Program-made: the position numbers and the translations under genes
Shown here: positions 8,392 through 16,004 of the stretch, piece by piece
Numbering within the stretch: position 1 is the stretch's first letter
How the letters are laid out: every line of letters starts with the position of its first letter
The notes under the pieces: model-generated
Told to the model about the DNA's origin: nothing
The model's input: only the letters and a program-made list of their open reading frames with translations
Database searches by the model: none
Assembly: GCA_964344345.1 (NCBI GenBank)
Contig: CAYFNC010000006.1
Span: forward strand, 30,894-94,893
From: an uncultured Hyphomicrobiales bacterium
GTDB lineage: Bacteria; Pseudomonadota; Alphaproteobacteria; Rhodospirillales; CAYFNC01
DNA length: 64,000 nucleotides
Reading direction: 5' to 3'

Positions 8392-9692
8392 TGGAGTACC
8401 GGATCACCGCCTCGCCCGCGTTCTGCCGTACCGTGAACTATTGGGCGGAAGGGACGTCCGCTCGGGAGGAGAAAGCGGTCTCGCTGCTCGTTAGCGCGTC
8501 GTCGCGGGAGGCATTGGCGAAACTCACGGCCGTGCGGGTCGGCGACTATGCCTCCCGGCTCGACTTCGCGAACGGCACCGTCCATTACCCGGGCTTCCAC
8601 ACGGACCCGCTGTTCGTATTCGAACGGGAGGGACGGGCCTGCGTCGACCTCACGGTCTATGGCGGGGAGGTCGGGGATCGGGCCGAACTGGAAAGGGCGG
8701 ACGGCGGGATCGTCACCTTGCCGGTACACCAGGGAGAGGGGGTGCCAGAAGAGGCGGCTTTCGAGAGCCGGCTCGAACGCCTTGGCCCGGGACAGTGGGT
8801 TCTCGATGTGGAGACAACGTCTCCGGTCGAGGTGATCTGGCAGAAGGTCTCTTTCGGCGCCTTCCGCGAATGTATCGTTTCCCTGCCGGCGGGCCGGCAT
8901 GTGCTCGCGGTGCCGGCCGCCTTCGCCGAATACCTCGGCGTCTGCGTCAGCGGCGGCAGTGCCGAGCACAAGCACCGGATATTCGGGCACATCGGCATGG
9001 GTTCGGGCCGGCATGTGCTGGACGCGGAAAGGGGTGTCGTCCTTCATCCCAGGGGCGGGCACGGGTTCCGCTACCAGGCGGCGGTGGTGGCGGTGCCCGA
9101 CGCCGAGGCCCTGGAACGGTTGCTCCCCGACCTTGATGAGTTCGACGAGGTGGAGGTGTTCACGCCCGCCGGGCCTGACGCGATGATGGTCCGCGAACGG
9201 GCGGAGGCGATCGGGGTGCCCCATAAGGTGACCACCTTCGGCCGCGCCATGGATGCCGACGTCGTGGTCGTCGATCCAGCCGTGCCGGAAGTTCCGGACC
9301 GGTCGTTCAGCTACATGTTGTTCGCTGGCGCCGGCGCGCCGGGGTTCGCGGAGCGGACCGCGGCGGCCTGCCGAAGGACGAAGGCCCTGCCGCCCGGAAT
9401 CCCTGTTCTCGACCGCTCCTGGGTCTGCGCTACCCTCGAGGCAACCATCCAGGCGGACCGACCGCACTACGGCATCGCGTTCTCCCGGCCCCCGGCGGAA
9501 CTGTTGGACAGGGCCTCTCTCCGACGTGCCCAAGTGGCGGAGGCCGGACGGAAACTGCGGCGGAGCTCCCCGTGTAGGGAATGTCCCGCGGCCGTGGCGT
9601 GTGCCGACGTGCTGCCGTTCCCCTGGCCTGGATCGGGAATGTTGCCCAGCGTCGGCGATGGAATTTGTTCGTTGCGGGAGGCGCTGGCATGA
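8391..9692 (+). CDS. degenerate paralog of the array (H3): lacks the CxxxCxxC triad but keeps the C-terminal Cys motif
   Basis: The N-terminus (MEYRITASPAFCRTVNYW) has a single Cys where the paralogs have three. The C-terminus CRECPAAVAC ... ICS matches the Cx2Cx5C...C pattern of R4-R7. TGATG junction with R6 and ATGA junction with R7. Confidence 0.6.
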   Translation: MEYRITASPAFCRTVNYWAEGTSAREEKAVSLLVSASSREALAKLTAVRVGDYASRLDFANGTVHYPGFHTDPLFVFEREGRACVDLTVYGGEVGDRAELERADGGIVTLPVHQGEGVPEEAAFESRLERLGPGQWVLDVETTSPVEVIWQKVSFGAFRECIVSLPAGRHVLAVPAAFAEYLGVCVSGGSAEHKHRIFGHIGMGSGRHVLDAERGVVLHPRGGHGFRYQAAVVAVPDAEALERLLPDLDEFDEVEVFTPAGPDAMMVRERAEAIGVPHKVTTFGRAMDADVVVVDPAVPEVPDRSFSYMLFAGAGAPGFAERTAAACRRTKALPPGIPVLDRSWVCATLEATIQADRPHYGIAFSRPPAELLDRASLRRAQVAEAGRKLRRSSPCRECPAAVACADVLPFPWPGSGMLPSVGDGICSLREALA

Positions 9693-10837
9693 ACGCGCAT
9701 GTGGGACGGTCGGGCGGTGGAACGCTCAGCATCGAGAACGGGTACTTCGTGTTTACCCTGATGCCGAGCCTCCGCTGTCCCCTCGATTGCCCGCACTGCT
9801 ACCTGAACCGGGAACAGCGGCGCGACGGACAGGTCATGGCCCTGGACGACCTCGAGGCCGCCTGCCGCAAAGTGGACGCCTACTACCGCTCCCGTGGCCT
9901 GTTGCATAAGACGGTGATCTGCTACTGGTACGGCGGCGAACCCACCGGTTTAGGGATGGACTACTTCGAGGAGGCAGTGGCACGCATCGGCCGGGTGTTG
10001 GCGCGAGATGCGGGCTACGTGACCAAACACGCCGTTCTCACCTCCCTGGTTACCGTGGACGAAGGATGGATCGAGGTGTTTCGGCGACTGACCGGCGGCA
10101 GGGCGCAGACCTCGTTCGACGGCCCGATGCGGGGCAAAGGATATCTCAAGCGCTGGGAAAGCCGGGTGCGCGAGGCCGTGGCCGCCGACCTCGCGGTATC
10201 GACCGTAACCGTCGTCAATCGCACCCTCCTGGATTGGGGGCCGGAACGGTCCCTGGATTATTTGAGCGGTCTCGGAGTGAGGGAGACGAGTTGGCTGCCC
10301 TTCATGTGGAACGAGCGCAACGACGGCGCCAACTACGACACCTTCGCGCCGACCATGGGCGAGTACGCCGGATTCATGATAGGACTCACCAACCATTGGC
10401 TCTCTCGGAAACAACAATGTCTTTCGACGCCCGAGATCGGTCAGATGCGGTTCATCCTCGGCCAGCGGAACCTGCCGGCGCTCTCCAACGTCGCCGGGCA
10501 GACCCTGTTCCTCCTTCCCGATGGCACGGTCGCCCTGCCGGACTACCGCCACGGTTGGCAGGAGTTCATGCGGCCGTTCGGCAATCTGTTGGTCGGAGAC
10601 TTCGGCGACATCCTCCATGGGGCCGAACGTCGCCGATACTTGAGGAAACAGACGCTACGCAACGGCAACCCGAAATGCTTCGCCTGTCCCCACGGCGGCC
10701 ATTGCCTGATGGAGTTCTGGAAAACCAACCGGCCCGGTGACGAATGCTTCGGTGCCAGGGCCTACGTCGAATGGGTTCTGAAGCACGCGGAGGTATCGGG
10801 AGCGGCGGGCGGGACGAGAGACCTCAAGCTCTACTGA
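9689..10837 (+). CDS. radical SAM protein with a reduced SPASM/twitch-like tail (R7)
   Basis: LMPSLRCPLDCPHCYLN (CxxxCxxC). GGE motif WYGGEPTGLG. C-terminal CFACPHGGHC ... ECFG. GGGAGG 8 nt upstream of ATG 9689. Confidence 0.85.
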   Translation: MNAHVGRSGGGTLSIENGYFVFTLMPSLRCPLDCPHCYLNREQRRDGQVMALDDLEAACRKVDAYYRSRGLLHKTVICYWYGGEPTGLGMDYFEEAVARIGRVLARDAGYVTKHAVLTSLVTVDEGWIEVFRRLTGGRAQTSFDGPMRGKGYLKRWESRVREAVAADLAVSTVTVVNRTLLDWGPERSLDYLSGLGVRETSWLPFMWNERNDGANYDTFAPTMGEYAGFMIGLTNHWLSRKQQCLSTPEIGQMRFILGQRNLPALSNVAGQTLFLLPDGTVALPDYRHGWQEFMRPFGNLLVGDFGDILHGAERRRYLRKQTLRNGNPKCFACPHGGHCLMEFWKTNRPGDECFGARAYVEWVLKHAEVSGAAGGTRDLKLY

Positions 10838-11531
10838 CGAGTGGGAAGGCGGCAAGGACGATGAAGGTGCCAATGGCGAGGAACGGTCCGTATGCGAACT
10901 GCCTCTTGCCGGTGAGTGCCGTAGTGATGGCTGCGATAATGCCCGACATCGCGATTGTGGTGGCGAGGCCGCCCAAACCGAGCCAAGCCCCCAGCGCTGC
11001 CACCATTTTGACGTCTCCACCGCCGAGACCGCCCGGACAACGGCGCTGGAACACAATGGAGATGAACACAGTGATCAACCAACCGGCAGCCGCTCCCGTT
11101 GCCGCCTCGGACGGGCCGGGAAGCCCGTGTCCGGAGGCCGCCACCATCATGCCGCCGACCAGCAACGGGATGGTGATGACGTCGGGCAGGATATGGCGGC
11201 GGAGATCGACCAGCGCCGCAATGGCACAGGCCCAGGCCAGGGCGCAGACCGGGAGGCCGGCGAGCGGATCTCCTGTCCCGTTTATAATGGCAACGACCGC
11301 CAGCATGGCACCCCAGGCAGCCTGTGCGAGACGGAGCCGGACAACCAGCCTGCGGCGTCGTGCTCGGTGCCGGGAAAAAAGGCTACCGCTTGCCCGCCGT
11401 CCTCGGACCATGCCGAAAATGATCGTGCCCGCATCGCCAGGAATAAGCGGTGACATGCGCCGCGCAACGACTGGAATGGAAACACCAGAGATGCCAGAGA
11501 GAATGACATAGCCTGCCAATAAGCCTTGCAT
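10824..11531 (-). CDS. A24-family prepilin (type IV leader) peptidase-like membrane protein
   Basis: Polytopic hydrophobic protein with the two aspartyl motifs ALVDLRRHILPD and GGGDVKMVAALGAWLG, plus a FAYGPFLAIG tail. Start is uncertain; an alternative Met at 11306 gives a 161-aa CpaA-sized product. Confidence 0.75.
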   Translation of the reverse strand: MQGLLAGYVILSGISGVSIPVVARRMSPLIPGDAGTIIFGMVRGRRASGSLFSRHRARRRRLVVRLRLAQAAWGAMLAVVAIINGTGDPLAGLPVCALAWACAIAALVDLRRHILPDVITIPLLVGGMMVAASGHGLPGPSEAATGAAAGWLITVFISIVFQRRCPGGLGGGDVKMVAALGAWLGLGGLATTIAMSGIIAAITTALTGKRQFAYGPFLAIGTFIVLAAFPLVSRA

Positions 11532-11923
11532 TCTCTATAACCTCGCGCGCGACCCAGCGTGTTTCGTGAATGTTTCTTATATGTCGATCGCTGCCTTTTC
11601 GTCAAGATGCCCGTCCGCCGGAAAACGTCGCATGCTTCGGCGATGCGCCAGACGCGCTCATGCTCCACGGCGGCATGGCCGTGGAGCAGAAGGTCGCGGA
11701 AGGCGACGATGGCGCGGATGTCGGGGATACGCTGTGCCAGGGCCGGGTCCAGCTTTGCGAGCCGGCCCAAGGCTTCGCCGATGATCTCGAACTTTCGTTC
11801 CACAGCCGAGTGGATGATCTCGTCGTCGACATAGGCCCGGGCATCCAGGCCGGCGGTGAATCTCCGGATCGCATCGGCGGCCTCCCGGATGTCCCAGAGA
11901 TAGGCCCGCGCCTCACGATGCAT
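11282..11923 (-). CDS. hepT: HepT-like (DUF86) toxin with an abnormally long C-terminal extension
   Basis: MHREARAYLWDIREAADAIRRF ... SAVERKFEIIGEA ... FRDLLLHGH (Rx4H motif). Overlaps the stop of the upstream MNT gene. The ORF only terminates at 11282, well inside the peptidase gene. Confidence 0.65.
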   Translation of the reverse strand: MHREARAYLWDIREAADAIRRFTAGLDARAYVDDEIIHSAVERKFEIIGEALGRLAKLDPALAQRIPDIRAIVAFRDLLLHGHAAVEHERVWRIAEACDVFRRTGILTKRQRSTYKKHSRNTLGRARGYRECKAYWQAMSFSLASLVFPFQSLRGACHRLFLAMRARSFSAWSEDGGQAVAFFPGTEHDAAGWLSGSVSHRLPGVPCWRSLPL

Positions 11924-12164
11924 AGACGATCTCGTGCGTCGGGTCGATGCCGGCAAGGATGAAGGGATTCCTGACCGCACCGGGTTCGACCAGATCGACC
12001 GGACGCCCCAGCAGGCGCTCCAGCGCGTCGGCGAGGCCGAAAAACTGCTCCAGGGGAGAGAGGCCGCTTTCCGGGTGGAAGGCGACGAGGAAGTCGACAT
12101 CGCTGGTGGTCGGGTCGAAATCATACCACTCTCCACGATAATCGGCGGTCCAAGTGGCGGTCAT
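11913..12164 (-). CDS. mntA: MNT-type nucleotidyltransferase antitoxin
   Basis: SDVDFLVAF ... LERLLGRPVDLVEPGAVRNPF is typical of a minimal nucleotidyltransferase fold. Paired with and overlapping the DUF86 gene. Confidence 0.75.
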   Translation of the reverse strand: MTATWTADYRGEWYDFDPTTSDVDFLVAFHPESGLSPLEQFFGLADALERLLGRPVDLVEPGAVRNPFILAGIDPTHEIVYAS

Positions 12165-12370
12165 CGCAGCAGGGCCTTGGGAGAGGCCTTGGCCGGAATG
12201 GCTTCGAGTTGGGGCAGTATCTGGGGCGGTATCCCCTGGGTCGAAGCGCGAACATGCGGGTCAAACGGTGCAAAAAAGCCCTATTTTTCAAGGCACGCGG
12301 TGTGGGTTCGTGTTTTCGTGGGACGGGGGGCGAGGCCTTGCGGAGCGGTGGACCGAGCGCGTCTCCGGCT

Positions 12371-12751
12371 TCAACCGTTCGTCTTGGGGATGAAAAGGAC
12401 CCCGGAAAGGCCTTCGAAATGCTGGTCGCAGGTCAAGACGTCGGCGCCGTGGGCCAGCGCCGTGGCGTAGACGATGGCGTCCGCCGTCGCCAGTCCATGG
12501 CGGGCAGCGAATTCGGCCGCCGACAGGGCGATGGACGTATCGAGATCGGCGACGACGCAGGTTTCGGTGAAGGCGATCACCTGGTCGGCCTTGTCCTCGC
12601 CCACTTCCCGCGTCGTCCATTTCGTCAGTTCGAGTTGCACGATGGTCGGCACCAGCCATTGCCCGCGTTCGGGCAGTTCGGCCGCGAGCGTGACGCCCAC
12701 GGGCGAGCCGATCAGCCACTCGATCCACGCCGAGGTGTCGACCAGCCGCAT
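12371..12751 (-). CDS. vapC: PIN-domain toxin VapC
   Basis: MRLVDTSAWIEWL ... TADAIVYATALAHGADVLTCDQHF, with acidic PIN residues in the expected places. ATGA overlap with the upstream antitoxin. Confidence 0.8.
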   Translation of the reverse strand: MRLVDTSAWIEWLIGSPVGVTLAAELPERGQWLVPTIVQLELTKWTTREVGEDKADQVIAFTETCVVADLDTSIALSAAEFAARHGLATADAIVYATALAHGADVLTCDQHFEGLSGVLFIPKTNG

Positions 12752-12969
12752 CAAACGCGATCGCTCCGGTCCCGGTAGCCGTCCGGGGTTGCGCCGCGCG
12801 CCAGGCCTGCGAGGTCCTCCGGCTTTGGGACCGGCACCAGCAGCACGCCCTCGCCCTTGGGCAGAAAGGCGAACTCTTGCCCCGCCTCCCAATGCCGTGC
12901 CATCCTCACGGCCTTGGGGATGCAGATCTGGAATTTGGACGACAGCTTCGCCGTATCACGTGCTGACAT
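12751..12969 (-). CDS. vapB: AbrB/SpoVT-type antitoxin VapB
   Basis: MSARDTAKLSSKFQICIPKAVR ... GQEFAFLPKGEGVLLVPV is a swapped-hairpin beta-barrel type N-terminus. Start taken at ATG 12969. Confidence 0.7.
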   Translation of the reverse strand: MSARDTAKLSSKFQICIPKAVRMARHWEAGQEFAFLPKGEGVLLVPVPKPEDLAGLARGATPDGYRDRSDRV

Positions 12970-13043
12970 TACGTTTCCCCGATCGATTGGACGATGGTAA
13001 GATTTTATCACGGGCTGTCGAAGGCTGGAACCGGATAATCCGT

Positions 13044-13079
13044 GACCGCGTTTCGGTCACCAGTTCCCGAAACGCGGTC
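13044..13079. promoter_or_regulatory. 13-bp perfect inverted repeat upstream of vapBC (possible antitoxin operator or hairpin)
   Basis: GACCGCGTTTCGG (13044-13056) and CCGAAACGCGGTC (13067-13079) with a 10-nt spacer, about 75 nt upstream of the vapB start. Confidence 0.3.
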
Positions 13080-13163
13080 GCAGCAGATGGCAACCCATTG
13101 GAATAATTGGGTTCCTAGAATGGCGTAGATTGGCCTAAGTTGTTGAATTTGCTAATGTTGCGG

Positions 13164-13211
13164 ACGTTTACACCGTGGATGTCGGCGGTTCGATCCCGTC
13201 ACCGCCCACCA
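13164..13211 (+). other. 3' fragment of tRNA-Val(UAC): att-like remnant, not an intact tRNA
   Basis: ACGTTTACACCGT..GTCGGCGGTTCGATCCCGTCACCGCCCACCA covers the anticodon loop (TAC), T-arm, acceptor 3' strand and CCA. It closely matches the E. coli tRNA-Val T-arm. No matching 5' acceptor (GGGCGGT) or D-arm is present upstream. Confidence 0.7.
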
Positions 13212-13310
13212 TGTTTTCAATGACTTACTGGTGATTTCGATTTCTGTTTCTGCCCAATTGAGCGGATATCGACGGCAGAGCTCGGAAAAACGGCGCTCCA
13301 TCCCGATGCC

Positions 13311-13536
13311 CTAGGGCCTGTTGACAATTAGGACGCCGTCGTGGTTGGGCCTCAATGGCGCGAGGTTAGGAGTGAGGACGCAGGGACATGCCGGGCATAT
13401 TCAAGGACGAAGGACGCAGCCTCGCGCCATTCAGGTCCAATCCCCTCGGGGCGGGTCGTATTTTTCCACCGGCCGCGTCGCGAACGGCTTGCGTGGGGCC
13501 CGCCACGGCGGCGTCCTAATTGTCAACAGGCCCTAG
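13311..13536. mobile_element. 226-bp MITE-like element with 34-bp terminal inverted repeats in a CTAG site
   Basis: Left arm CTAGGGCCTGTTGACAATTAGGACGCCGTCGTGG (13311-13344). The right arm (13503-13536) is its reverse complement with 1 mismatch. The flanks read C-TA-[element]-TA-G. No ORF inside. Internal hairpin: AATGGCGCGAGG (13354-13365) pairs with CCTCGCGCCATT (13420-13431). Confidence 0.65.
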
Positions 13537-14820
13537 ACGCCGGGGCGCGCTTGTTTGCCGGCCCGCCCCGGCGCAGGGGGCCGAGAATCCGTCGAGAAAG
13601 GCTTTGGCCAACAGCGCGTGCCCGTCTTTCGCGAGGTGGGCGTCCATTTCGATGAAATTGCGCTCGATGATCCGGACCGGGTCCGGCGCGTCGGCGAAGA
13701 AGGCGGGGAACAGGTCCACGTACGGCACGCGGTTCTTGGTCGTCCATTCGCGCCAGACGCGCCTGTGGGCCGAGTCCTTGTCGCCGGCGTAAATCTGGTC
13801 CACCAGGGGGTAGGCGGCCACCGTCATGGCGATTCCGTGCTCGCGCGCCAACGCCAGCAAGCGGTCCATGTACCGCTCGCTTTTCTCGACCCCCTCGCGG
13901 CCGTACCGCTTCCACTCCGAGGTTTCGATGGGCCAGAGGCCGGTGGGGTCCGCGTGGGGGATGCGCAGCCCCAGACGTTTTTCCTCGTCGAACTTCAAGC
14001 TGACTCGTCGCCGGACGGCGGAGGCGATTTGCCAGACCGCCGAATGCCGCTTCACCCATTTGCGAAACCGTTTTAGATAGAACTTGATCGCGGCGTAGTC
14101 GAAGGTCTTGGGCCGCCATTCCGGTCCGGGCGGCGGCGGGGCCGGGGTCGGCGGCAATTCGTCCCGGGCCGCGATCGCGCCCGCGCCGTCGACGACGTAT
14201 AAGGATTCGCCCGGTTTTTTCGAAGCCGGAATGAAGCCGGTCTTCGCCGTCAGGCGGCCATCCTCGGTTTCGCCGTACATGAAGAAATCGTTGTGGGGGT
14301 CCGTGACGTCGGCGAAGACGATCAGGTGGTCGGGCTTGATTCCCATCTTTTCGACCAGCCATTTGGTTTTATGATAGTAGACGGCGGTGGAGTAGGCCTG
14401 AGCGCTGGCGTTAAGCGTCTCGATTCCACACCTGGACCAGGCGGTGGACAAGAGCCCCGCCACGCTGTCCTCGAAATCCACGCCCAACCCCTCGATGATG
14501 GAATCGCCCATCAGCACGAAACGGGGACGGTCGATGGACTGGCGGACGTCTCGCACGGCGGCGTCCTTCATGCCGAGCGAATTGGTGCGCAACTGGTATA
14601 GCTGTGACCCCCAGAGAACTTCTGAAGAATAATTGGGGCGCAGGCTGAATCCGAAGGCCTCGACGCGCGTCATGCTGTTTTTCTGGGCTTTTTCGGCGGG
14701 GCCGAATCGCTCGTCCACATAGGTTCCGACGATGGTCGCGCCGGTGACGTCGAGCGCGATCAGGAACAGGGCGTATACAACGCCTCCCTTCCAGCCGATG
14801 CCGCGAAAAATGCCGAACAT
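13516..14820 (-). CDS. SGNH/GDSL-type hydrolase-like membrane-anchored protein
   Basis: N-terminal TM segment. GDS block RFVLMGDSIIEGLG. The last 7 codons and the stop lie inside the right inverted repeat of the element above. Confidence 0.65.
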   Translation of the reverse strand: MFGIFRGIGWKGGVVYALFLIALDVTGATIVGTYVDERFGPAEKAQKNSMTRVEAFGFSLRPNYSSEVLWGSQLYQLRTNSLGMKDAAVRDVRQSIDRPRFVLMGDSIIEGLGVDFEDSVAGLLSTAWSRCGIETLNASAQAYSTAVYYHKTKWLVEKMGIKPDHLIVFADVTDPHNDFFMYGETEDGRLTAKTGFIPASKKPGESLYVVDGAGAIAARDELPPTPAPPPPGPEWRPKTFDYAAIKFYLKRFRKWVKRHSAVWQIASAVRRRVSLKFDEEKRLGLRIPHADPTGLWPIETSEWKRYGREGVEKSERYMDRLLALAREHGIAMTVAAYPLVDQIYAGDKDSAHRRVWREWTTKNRVPYVDLFPAFFADAPDPVRIIERNFIEMDAHLAKDGHALLAKAFLDGFSAPCAGAGRQTSAPRRLGPVDN

Positions 14821-14977
14821 GAAGGTGTCTCGTTGGTGAAGGGAAGACCTTAGGAATCCAGGGGCGCATGGTATCCGTCGCCGGACAGGCGGGCAAGGCC
14901 GGCCGTTGATATTGATTCGGCGGCCCGGTTCTATATAAACGGGGTGTCCTCTTTTTGTTCATCGCGGGAGTTCGCGT

Positions 14978-15991
14978 GTGGTGGCCGACAAGCAGCCGGG
15001 GTCCGGAATCGCCAACGTCGTCGTGCCGGTTCTGGCTGTCGTCGTGTTCTTTTTCGTGTTCGAGGTCTCGCTGCGCGTGATTTTCCACCGCAGCATGGAT
15101 TTCGACATCGAGATGTGGAAATACGCGACGGAGCTGAAGCGCGAAGCGTCCATCCAGGGCCTGGGGCACGAACACGTTCCGAACGGCCAGGCGTTTCTCA
15201 TGGGCGTGGACGTGAAGACCAACGCCAAGGGCCTGCGGGACCGGAACTTCGACCATGAAAAGCCGGACAACGCGATCCGAGTGCTGATGCTGGGGGATTC
15301 GCTGGCCTTCGGCTGGGGGGTCGACGTTGCGGACACGCCCTCCAAGATTCTCGAACGCGCCTTGGCGAAAACGTCTCCCGAGACGCGTTTCGAGGTGATC
15401 AATACGGGCGTCGGCAACTACAACACGGCCATGGAGGTCGCTTATTTCCTCGAGGAAGGAGTCAAATACGATCCCGACGTCGTGGTGTTGAACTACTTCA
15501 TCAACGACGCCGAGGAAACCCCGACCAGGAACGTCAATCCGTTCCTGGGGTGGTCCTACGCCTACGTATACCTGGCCGGGCGGCTCGACGCGCTTTCCCG
15601 CCAGGCGCTGGGCGGGGCGGACTGGATGGCGTACTACCGGGGGCTATACCGCGACGACGCGCCCGGGTGGCGGGGGGTCAAGGATTCCGTGCGGCGCCTG
15701 AAGCAGGAATGCGACGCCCGTGGCGTTCGCTTGCTATTCGCCAACTATCCCGAAATCCGCGTCATCGAGCCCTATCCTTTCGCGGACGTCACCGCCAAGA
15801 TCGAAGGGCTCGCCCGGGAGCAGGGGGTTCCGTTCGTCGATCTGCTTCCGGCCCTGGATGGCCTCGAGGCGAGCGCGTTGTGGGTCACCCGCCCGGACCC
15901 GCACCCCAACGCGACCGCCAACCAAGCGTTCGCGCGGGGCCTCGGCGACGCCCTGGCCCGCGTCTATCCCGAATTGTTCCCATCACCATGA
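14978..15991 (+). CDS. SGNH/GDSL-type hydrolase, membrane-anchored
   Basis: N-terminal TM segment VVPVLAVVVFFFVF. GDS block RVLMLGDSLAFGWG. C-terminal DPHPN block. GTG start. Confidence 0.7.
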   Translation: MVADKQPGSGIANVVVPVLAVVVFFFVFEVSLRVIFHRSMDFDIEMWKYATELKREASIQGLGHEHVPNGQAFLMGVDVKTNAKGLRDRNFDHEKPDNAIRVLMLGDSLAFGWGVDVADTPSKILERALAKTSPETRFEVINTGVGNYNTAMEVAYFLEEGVKYDPDVVVLNYFINDAEETPTRNVNPFLGWSYAYVYLAGRLDALSRQALGGADWMAYYRGLYRDDAPGWRGVKDSVRRLKQECDARGVRLLFANYPEIRVIEPYPFADVTAKIEGLAREQGVPFVDLLPALDGLEASALWVTRPDPHPNATANQAFARGLGDALARVYPELFPSP

Positions 15992-16004
15992 CAGGGGAAA
16001 TCCA

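Noticed and set aside
13130-13560. Possibility that the tRNA-like 3' end at 13164-13211 is the acceptor piece of a permuted two-piece tmRNA (alphaproteobacterial ssrA)
   Set aside because: No matching 5' acceptor strand (GGGCGGT) and no tag-peptide reading frame (ANDN...-type) occur downstream. The anticodon loop carries a Val TAC anticodon, and the sequence matches the tRNA-Val T-arm.
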